Virus record (IMG/VR): IMGVR_UViG_3300010366_000046
Coordinates: 1-29,875 of that record
Direction: 5' to 3' (one strand)
Length of the DNA stretch: 29,875 nucleotides
DNA from: a virus
Taxonomy: Duplodnaviria > Caudoviricetes
Shown here piece by piece: positions 8,014 through 13,640 of the stretch (positions are counted from its first letter, which is position 1; each line of letters opens with the position of its first letter). The notes under the pieces were generated by a model. The model had not been told where the DNA came from. It made no database searches and saw nothing but the letters and a program-made list of their open reading frames with translations. Both the position numbers and the translations under genes were made by a program.

Positions 8014-8042
8014 ATTATCGCAAATCCACGCCGCCTCGTCAA
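8014..8042 (-). promoter_or_regulatory. Sigma70-type promoter
   Basis: TTGACG-17 nt-GATAAT on the minus strand. Confidence 0.7.
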
Positions 8043-8119
8043 CGCCTCAATGGCCGAGAACTTACGTGATGTACGTCGTGCGTGAGCAATATGGCGTACA
8101 ATCGCGGTGTCCTGGACGT

Positions 8120-8186
8120 CGCCTAGGTCGATGGCCGCATCGTGTGTGTACGATGACGTTGACGTAAGAACCTCGTGACCTAGGCG
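8120..8186. repeat. Dyad element copy B: CGCCTAGGTC-N47-GACCTAGGCG
   Basis: Perfect 10-bp inverted arms; spacer shares GTGTACG and GT(C/T)GACGT with copy A. Confidence 0.7.
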
Positions 8187-8602
8187 TCCGAGGGTGTTAG
8201 GTCGCTGGGCTTGTCGATGCCCTTGGGCCAGTGTGACCATCCATCCTGGGCGGTGTAAATCATGGTGCATGTGGTATCGAAATCGTAGGCCAGAGCGTCG
8301 ATGTGTGGATCGGCGTCGTCGCCTCCCGGGTACCCAGGTGCGACAACCCAGGCGGTTAGGATTACAGGGCCACCATCGTCCCCAGTGCCTGCGGACATGG
8401 TGATGATGTTGTGCCAGCCTGTCTCGACCTTGGCGATGCTGAATGTCTCACGCCATTCCGTCGAGAAGAAGTCGTCAAGCGTGACGGATTCGACGATGTT
8501 GTCGGCCTGGATCCAAGCGTTGGTGAAGTCGATCCACATATTGAGGATCTTCTTCTCGGGTTCGGACAACAGGTTGTACTGCTCTTGGCAATCGGGGTTC
8601 AT
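8180..8602 (-). CDS. Acidic hypothetical protein (140 aa)
   Basis: AAAGGAG RBS; start MNPDCQEQY coupled by TAATG to the upstream gene. Confidence 0.75.
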   Translation of the reverse strand: MNPDCQEQYNLLSEPEKKILNMWIDFTNAWIQADNIVESVTLDDFFSTEWRETFSIAKVETGWHNIITMSAGTGDDGGPVILTAWVVAPGYPGGDDADPHIDALAYDFDTTCTMIYTAQDGWSHWPKGIDKPSDLTPSDA

Positions 8603-8814
8603 TACAGATCTCCTTTGGCTTTGTGGGTGATTTCGGATAATGCGAGCGCGAGTTCTTCGGCCTCGTCGATGGTGAGTTCGAGTTTCACTACCCCGCCAAT
8701 CGCCACGACAATCTGCCTGGCTGTGGTAGGGTTGAGTACCCATGGTAGGTCTATCAGGTCGACGACGACGTTGCCATCGCCAACCACCTCGGCATTTGCG
8801 GTCGGCATCCACAT
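8602..8814 (-). CDS. Hypothetical protein (about 70 aa)
   Basis: MWMPTANAEVVGDG...LELTIDEAEELALAL; fills the gap between coupled genes. Confidence 0.65.
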   Translation of the reverse strand: MWMPTANAEVVGDGNVVVDLIDLPWVLNPTTARQIVVAIGGVVKLELTIDEAEELALALSEITHKAKGDL

Positions 8815-8815
8815 A

Positions 8816-9241
8816 TTAGTCCATCTCGTAGGCAGCGTCGATGTAGGCCTCGGGCAGGATTTCGAAGCGAACCTCCCCATCGCTACCTCCCCATTCAACG
8901 GGCGATTCCTTGAGGAACTCGCGGACGTATTCGGCGAGGTTTTGGAAGTCGTTTGACCACAGGTTGTCGAACAGGCGAGCCCAGTTCTCAGACGCTGCGG
9001 CGAGGTAATCGCCACAATCGTCCATGTCGTGTTCGTGAGTCTCCTGATGGAGGAGCTGCATGAGGCACGTTCGACGCGCAGCGCGGTATACGTCGTAGGC
9101 CTGTTCGTCCGTCAGGTTCTCGATCTCCTCCATGGTGAGGGTGATCGGGGCGGGCAGCAACTCGCCCAGCCGCTTTGTGATTGCGTGGAGCTCGTTGTCC
9201 TCAGGCGAGCCGTTCGGGTATGTTGACCATGTGTGTTCCAT
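8816..9241 (-). CDS. Acidic hypothetical protein (141 aa)
   Basis: AGGAGG RBS; high-GC third codon positions. Confidence 0.75.
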   Translation of the reverse strand: MEHTWSTYPNGSPEDNELHAITKRLGELLPAPITLTMEEIENLTDEQAYDVYRAARRTCLMQLLHQETHEHDMDDCGDYLAAASENWARLFDNLWSNDFQNLAEYVREFLKESPVEWGGSDGEVRFEILPEAYIDAAYEMD

Positions 9242-9249
9242 GTTTCCTC

Positions 9250-9612
9250 CTAGGTGAGGTAGTCGTTGATGTGGGCGTCGATGATGATGACGGAATGGTC
9301 ATCGGGATAGGACAGAAGATCGGCGTGGGAGTGCAGGTGAGACGAGCGTTCACGGATTGTCACGTCGCAGGCATCGTTGTTGGTGGTTTCAGGCAGAATC
9401 GTTGTAGCGATTTCGTAGGCGAGGTGACGGGCGTTCGGAGCGTAATCATGCGAGTCGCTGAGGCTGAATGGGCAGACGACGCGGATGTGGACGGCGTTGG
9501 GATCGTTGTCAGGGGTGAGGTTTTCAAACGTGAGAACCCCGAGGCGTGCGAAGCCTGTTTCCATCAGGGCCTCAGTGATGCCAAGGACGTGTGCGGGATT
9601 GGTGTCGATCAT
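9250..9612 (-). CDS. Hypothetical protein (120 aa)
   Basis: AAGGAGG RBS; tightly packed operon. Confidence 0.75.
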   Translation of the reverse strand: MIDTNPAHVLGITEALMETGFARLGVLTFENLTPDNDPNAVHIRVVCPFSLSDSHDYAPNARHLAYEIATTILPETTNNDACDVTIRERSSHLHSHADLLSYPDDHSVIIIDAHINDYLT

Positions 9613-9621
9613 GTTTCCTCC

Positions 9622-9825
9622 TTAGGTTAGAGCTTCAGTGCCGTAGCGGCAGGGGTGTTTGCGGGTGAAAGCCTTTACGCGGTCGCGGAATGCGCGGATT
9701 GCATCACCATTCCACAGTAGTTCTTCGGCGGTCATGTTGTTGAGGGTGGCGGTCAGTTCACGGGAGAGCATTTCAGCCTCGACGGGCGTGAGGGCGAAAT
9801 CGAAGTAGACGTCGTTGTAGCGCAT
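9622..9825 (-). CDS. Hypothetical protein (67 aa)
   Basis: AGGAGG RBS; tightly packed operon. Confidence 0.7.
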   Translation of the reverse strand: MRYNDVYFDFALTPVEAEMLSRELTATLNNMTAEELLWNGDAIRAFRDRVKAFTRKHPCRYGTEALT

Positions 9826-9834
9826 GTGTTCCTC

Positions 9835-10035
9835 CTACAGGGTTGCGAGGATTGCGAGGATATCCGCCTCGGTGACGGGGGTGTAGGACGTGCGACATTC
9901 GAGGCAGAAGTGGTACGTGCGTGAGTTTATCCGTTCATTGATGATTGCCTCTGCCCCACAGTCACACCGAGGTGCTTCGGCGATCATCCGCCGCATACGT
10001 GCGAGGGTTGATTCGCGTGTGGTTGACGTTTTCAT
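9835..10035 (-). CDS. Small Cys4 zinc-binding protein, probably leaderless
   Basis: MKTSTT...CDC...FCLEC; ATG 6 nt after TATACT. Confidence 0.7.
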   Translation of the reverse strand: MKTSTTRESTLARMRRMIAEAPRCDCGAEAIINERINSRTYHFCLECRTSYTPVTEADILAILATL

Positions 10036-10041
10036 ACACAA

Positions 10042-10070
10042 AGTATATCACAAAGTAGATCCGCTTACAA
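10042..10070 (-). promoter_or_regulatory. Sigma70-type promoter (leaderless)
   Basis: TTGTAA-17 nt-TATACT-6 nt-ATG on the minus strand. Confidence 0.7.
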
Positions 10071-10168
10071 CCTCCCTAGAGATCTCAGCCGAGGGCGAAA
10101 TGGCTGGGGGTAGCGCCTGATGGTTGGGACAATAGTGGGACCTCCCCATCGGACCACTCTTGGACCAT

Positions 10169-10197
10169 TTGACAAAGTCAAAAGGACATCGTATAAT
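10169..10197 (+). promoter_or_regulatory. Perfect-consensus sigma70 promoter (leaderless)
   Basis: TTGACA-17 nt-TATAAT-7 nt-ATG(10205). Confidence 0.85.
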
Positions 10198-10204
10198 CAG
10201 CTGC

Positions 10205-10675
10205 ATGGCCTCAAACTCAGTGGCTCGGGCCCAAAACCCGCCGATTTCAGTCCACGAAAGCGGAAATGGACAGCTGGAAGAGGTTATAACGCTCGATGAG
10301 GTCCGTAGGTCGGCTGCCAGACTGCTGGCCCAAGGATTTACGTCTCGACAAGTGGCCAAAGCGCTTGGAAGACGGTTAGTTCCGGGAACTCACCACTCAG
10401 CGCCGCGGAAAGTCGCCGAATCGGCGTATCACAAGCTCCGCAGATGGTGCCGAGACGATCAGCAGTTCCGCGATCTGATTTGGGAGTATTCAGTCCAAAC
10501 CCTGGACCTCAAAACCCCGCTGATCTTGAATGGCGTTGCGCGGTCGGCTCAACGCGGGCGAGTCGATGCCGCGCGTTTGGCGTTGGAAGTTACCGGTCGG
10601 CACACTCCAAACCACGAGACTGTGGTCACCAACGTGACTGTACAGGTCGCCAACATACCTCGGCCGGAGCGATGA
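10205..10675 (+). CDS. Putative terminase small subunit (HTH protein)
   Basis: N-terminal HTH (AARLLAQGFTSRQVAKALG), then helical region and GRVDAARLALEVTGRH pattern typical of TerS-like proteins; first plus-strand gene ahead of the packaging module. Confidence 0.6.
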   Translation: MASNSVARAQNPPISVHESGNGQLEEVITLDEVRRSAARLLAQGFTSRQVAKALGRRLVPGTHHSAPRKVAESAYHKLRRWCRDDQQFRDLIWEYSVQTLDLKTPLILNGVARSAQRGRVDAARLALEVTGRHTPNHETVVTNVTVQVANIPRPER

Positions 10676-10732
10676 ACCGGGCCCAGATTCAGAGACGCTT
10701 GGCTTGGTCTGGCTATAAGGCCGGGACTGAAG

Positions 10733-10767
10733 AAAAAAAGAGGAGCGCCGCGGCAACGGCGCCCCTC
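10733..10767 (-). terminator. Intrinsic terminator
   Basis: GAGGGGCGCCG-loop-CGGCGCTCCTC followed by T7 on the minus strand. Confidence 0.85.
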
Positions 10768-10773
10768 GAGGTA

Positions 10774-10956
10774 TTACGCCTTGGGCTTGAAATGCGCCAC
10801 GACTGCCTTCGCGGTCGCGGCGTCGATCACCCACGACGTGCCCTTCGCGTCGGCGGGCCTCGTGAAGTTCGCGCGCAGGTAAGCGCGGAGCTGCTTCGGC
10901 GAGACGTCGAGCGCCTTCGCGAGTTGGTTCGGCGTGTACGTTTTGGCTGTTGCCAT
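10774..10956 (-). CDS. Small winged-HTH-like DNA-binding protein (paralog 1)
   Basis: AAAGGAGGTGA RBS; MATAKTYTPNQLAKALDVSPKQLRAYLRANFTRPADAKGTSWVID. Confidence 0.85.
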   Translation of the reverse strand: MATAKTYTPNQLAKALDVSPKQLRAYLRANFTRPADAKGTSWVIDAATAKAVVAHFKPKA

Positions 10957-11002
10957 GATGCTCACCTCCTTTCGAGCGGTGGCGTTACGTGATTACAGCT
11001 AC

Positions 11003-11031
11003 ATCATACACGATCCACAGCCACATGTCAA
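11003..11031 (-). promoter_or_regulatory. Sigma70-type promoter
   Basis: TTGACA-17 nt-TATGAT on the minus strand. Confidence 0.8.
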
Positions 11032-11137
11032 CTTCCAGCGAGAACTTGGCCCAGATCCGTGGAAGCGAGGACTCCGCCCAGATCCGGGGATCGGCTAAAA
11101 GGCCGGAGGCTATAAGGCCGGCGTCGACCGGCGCCTC

Positions 11138-11269
11138 TCACCTCGATTCGAAGCGGAGGAGCAGGTACGCAACAGCGAGGAAGATCGCGATGCCGTCGAT
11201 GGAGAGCAATGAGTGCACGCCGAGTAGTCCGGCGACGAAGAGCGCGGTGATGAGTATTGGAACAAGCAT
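11138..11269 (-). CDS. Small two-TM membrane protein (43 aa, not in ORF track)
   Basis: GAAAGGGG RBS; MLVPILITALFVAGLLGVHSLLSIDGIAIFLAVAYLLLRFESR. Confidence 0.6.
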   Translation of the reverse strand: MLVPILITALFVAGLLGVHSLLSIDGIAIFLAVAYLLLRFESR

Positions 11270-11326
11270 TTTGCCCCTTTCAGTGGCGTGGTTGGCGAAC
11301 GCGAACGTTCGCATGTCGAACGGTTT

Positions 11327-11357
11327 GAGGGGGAGGGTTGGAAAGCCCCTCCCCCTC
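11327..11357. terminator. Strong hairpin downstream of paralog 2 (possible terminator without U-tract)
   Basis: GAGGGGGAGGG-9 nt-CCCTCCCCCTC, a perfect 11-bp stem. Confidence 0.5.
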
Positions 11358-11369
11358 GTTCGGCGAACG

Positions 11370-11576
11370 CTAGGCGGTCGCGTCCGGGTTGCGCTTCCTG
11401 AAGTGTTCGAGCGTTTGCTTCGCCTGCGCTTCGCTCAGAACCCAGGTGGTACCCTTCGCCTCAGGCGGACGCGTGAACGTCTGGCGAAGGTACGCGCGAA
11501 CGATCTTTCCGCTGATTCCGAGCGCGTTCGCGAGCGCCTCCGGGCGGTATGTTTTCGCCGACTTCGTGGGTGCCAT
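11370..11576 (-). CDS. Small winged-HTH-like DNA-binding protein (paralog 2)
   Basis: AAAGGA RBS; MAPTKSAKTYRPEALANALGISGKIVRAYLRQTFTRPPEAKGTTWVLS, collinear with paralog 1. Confidence 0.85.
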   Translation of the reverse strand: MAPTKSAKTYRPEALANALGISGKIVRAYLRQTFTRPPEAKGTTWVLSEAQAKQTLEHFRKRNPDATA

Positions 11577-11625
11577 TCGATCGTTCCTTTCGTTTGTGGG
11601 TTCGCTTCCCGAACCCGATGCACAC

Positions 11626-11654
11626 ATACTAGTCGATCGTTCGAACGTTCGCAA
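11626..11654 (-). promoter_or_regulatory. Sigma70-type promoter overlapped by CGAACG palindromes
   Basis: TTGCGA-17 nt-TAGTAT on the minus strand. Confidence 0.55.
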
Positions 11655-11891
11655 GTCGAGTCCGTAATCGTTCGCGGTCGAACCATAAGCGAACGCGATC
11701 GTTCGCTGCCTAGGCAGTACCTACGCGAACGTACGTTCGTTTTCGCGTTCGACAACGACCCCCTGCCACGCCCACGAGGAGGAATCGTGGAGATTTTCGT
11801 CACGCGCGGAGCGAAGCGAGTCGGACGCGGAGGATTAGTGCCGATCAGAACCACCTATGCGGATGGGGTACTGGGGATGGGGACGTGCTGA

Positions 11892-12083
11892 GTGCCCGCC
11901 GAACTCGCCGCATTGGGGGCGCTACTGTCGGGGATTGCAAGTCTCATTGCTGCGATCCTCTCCAATCGCTCCGTCAAGCGACGGGAGAGAGGTGCGTGCG
12001 AGCAGCGGATCGAGGATATCAGAACCGCGTTCGCTGCGGGGCTGAAGTATGAGCCTCGGGAACCTCAGCGGAAAGCGACCTAG
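11892..12083 (+). CDS. Small single-TM membrane protein
   Basis: Hydrophobic LAALGALLSGIASLIAAILS followed by a basic helical tail. Confidence 0.65.
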   Translation: MPAELAALGALLSGIASLIAAILSNRSVKRRERGACEQRIEDIRTAFAAGLKYEPREPQRKAT

Positions 12084-12366
12084 TGTAGGTGCTACCCTAC
12101 TCGTCACCGCGCTTATCTTCGCTGGCGGCACTGGGTTTCTCACCGCTACGGCTGTGGGTGTCGGTACGCAGACTGCAGAGCGCACGGTCACGATCAACGT
12201 CACCTCAGGTCCGCAAGGACCTCCTGGCCCGCCAGGGCCGAAGGGTGACACGGGGCCCCCAGGCCCGCCTGGTGCTCAGACGTGTCCGACCGGTTACACC
12301 ATCGGAGACTTGGTCATCAACCACCCAGGAGGACAGGTGACGCTGCATACCTGTTTGAAAGACTAA
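12049..12366 (+). CDS. Membrane-anchored collagen-like protein
   Basis: TM segment, GPQGPPGPPGPKGDTGPPGPPG, C-terminal two-Cys domain. Confidence 0.8.
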   Translation: MSLGNLSGKRPSVGATLLVTALIFAGGTGFLTATAVGVGTQTAERTVTINVTSGPQGPPGPPGPKGDTGPPGPPGAQTCPTGYTIGDLVINHPGGQVTLHTCLKD

Positions 12367-12644
12367 TGCCGACCGGGCGCGCTATCGGCTACGTTCACTA
12401 TGGTCCCGAGGAGTTGAAGACTGCAGTGACGTTGGAGCCGCCCGAGGGGGCGTATCGTGCCTACCTCCACTCAGAGATTGGGTTCATCCGCTACCTCCAC
12501 GGCCGTGGTCAGTTGCCGACGAAGAACGAGGGCTTCCCACTATTGCCCGACTACCCAGACGAGTTCGACACAGATCTTGAACTCCTCTCTGTGGTCGCAG
12601 GCATGCAAGACTCAGCGCTCAGTGTCTACTACTACGGGACATAG
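12366..12644 (+). CDS. Hypothetical protein (92 aa)
   Basis: TAATG-coupled start MPTGRAIGYVHYG. Confidence 0.7.
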   Translation: MPTGRAIGYVHYGPEELKTAVTLEPPEGAYRAYLHSEIGFIRYLHGRGQLPTKNEGFPLLPDYPDEFDTDLELLSVVAGMQDSALSVYYYGT

Positions 12645-12654
12645 GGGGTAAGTA

Positions 12655-13065
12655 ATGCCAACCATAGCTGGGGGTACGGCTGCATCTGAATGGCGCATCG
12701 GGCAACCGCTCAATGTCGGCATCTTCAACGCGATACCGATCTCGGCTGGGCAGACCCTCAACGGTCCCGCAGTCGACGTCTGTGCTGATTCCGCGGAGCT
12801 GACCGTCACTTACGAGATGACGGGCGGTGCGAGTGCTGACCTGACTATCTACGTCTGGCCGGTCAAGTCTGACGGTACGATCATGACCAGCATTCCTCTT
12901 CCGGCCATCCGCTCTATAGGGCCGACATTCGGTAGCGGTGTCGTGCAGTTCAGCGGCACTTACGATGTGAGTGGTTACAAGAAGGTCCAGCTTGCGGCGA
13001 AGAACAGTAACGCTGGTGCTCAGACCATCAACGAAGTCCGCTATCGCATAGCCAATATGTCGTAA
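12655..13065 (+). CDS. Beta-rich hypothetical protein, possible virion decoration protein
   Basis: 136 aa, G/T/S/V-rich alternating beta pattern, late-gene region. Confidence 0.65.
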   Translation: MPTIAGGTAASEWRIGQPLNVGIFNAIPISAGQTLNGPAVDVCADSAELTVTYEMTGGASADLTIYVWPVKSDGTIMTSIPLPAIRSIGPTFGSGVVQFSGTYDVSGYKKVQLAAKNSNAGAQTINEVRYRIANMS

Positions 13066-13080
13066 CCGGGGGGGGGCGGT

Positions 13081-13281
13081 ATGGCAACCAAGCGTCGCAA
13101 GGGCGGTCTGAATATCCACATCAAGCCTTCGAAGCAGGGCTCCCTCCGCAGAGCGACGAAGACCAAGAAAGGCAAGAACATTCCCGTCTCGACGCTGCGC
13201 CGACTCAAGAGGTCTCGCTCACCTGCGATGCGGAAGAAGGCGAACTTCGCCCTGAACGCGAGGAAGTGGGGGCACCGCTGA
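13081..13281 (+). CDS. Small highly basic phage protein
   Basis: IHIKPSKQGSLR...RKKANFALNARKW; K/R-rich with no acidic residues. Confidence 0.75.
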   Translation: MATKRRKGGLNIHIKPSKQGSLRRATKTKKGKNIPVSTLRRLKRSRSPAMRKKANFALNARKWGHR

Positions 13282-13430
13282 TGGCTCGGAAGAAGCGGGG
13301 CTTTTACGCCGCTCAGCATGCGGGAGGCGCTGGTCCCAAATCCCGTCGAGGCTCTGTGGGCAAGGCGACTAATGCGTGGAAGAAACCGATCAAGCCGAAG
13401 GGCTTCAACAGAAGGGGGTTCAAGCGATGA
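13281..13430 (+). CDS. Small basic peptide (49 aa, not in ORF track)
   Basis: MARKKRGFYAAQHAGGAGPKSRRGSVGKATNAWKKPIKPKGFNRRGFKR; TGATG and ATGA coupling on both sides. Confidence 0.6.
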   Translation: MARKKRGFYAAQHAGGAGPKSRRGSVGKATNAWKKPIKPKGFNRRGFKR

Positions 13431-13633
13431 GTCAAAATCCCACGGGTCCTGGTGGGGGGCCTACTGGAACGACCGGCGTGCCGGGTGGAGGTCCCGACGT
13501 GCGGACCGGCTCCTACGACGGTGACGGCGACAACGACACGGAGGACGCAGGGCAGCCTGGTGGCGGAGGCGACGTGTCCCCGCCCGCGGGGTCTTCAACG
13601 GCAGGTCAACCCAGCCATCCTGCGGGGAGGTAG
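13427..13633 (+). CDS. Gly/Pro/Asp-rich disordered protein (68 aa)
   Basis: MSQNPTGPGGGPTG...YDGDGDNDTED; AAGGGGG RBS. Confidence 0.6.
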   Translation: MSQNPTGPGGGPTGTTGVPGGGPDVRTGSYDGDGDNDTEDAGQPGGGGDVSPPAGSSTAGQPSHPAGR

Positions 13634-13640
13634 AAACTGA

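Larger units (their letters stand above)
10681..11121 (+). repeat. Dispersed direct repeats GCCCAGAT(T/C)C x3 and GGCTA(T/A)AAGGCCGG x3
   Basis: GCCCAGATYC at 10681, 11049, 11076; GGCTAWAAGGCCGG at 10711, 11093, 11108; they bracket the 10774-10956 transcription unit. Confidence 0.75.
11296..11751. repeat. Dense array of CGAACG/CGTTCG hexamers forming many palindromes
   Basis: About 17 copies by hand count in about 460 bp, e.g. CGAACGTTCG (11302, 11642), CGAACGCGATCGTTCG (11690), CGAACGTACGTTCG (11726). Confidence 0.85.

Noticed and set aside
11296-11751. CRISPR array or iteron interpretation of the hexamer-rich region
   Set aside because: No constant 23-47 bp repeat with regular spacers, orientation is mixed, and no cas genes are present.
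10989-11891. 300-aa plus-strand ORF
   Set aside because: Crosses promoters, repeats and two better-supported minus-strand genes; no RBS or recognisable motif.
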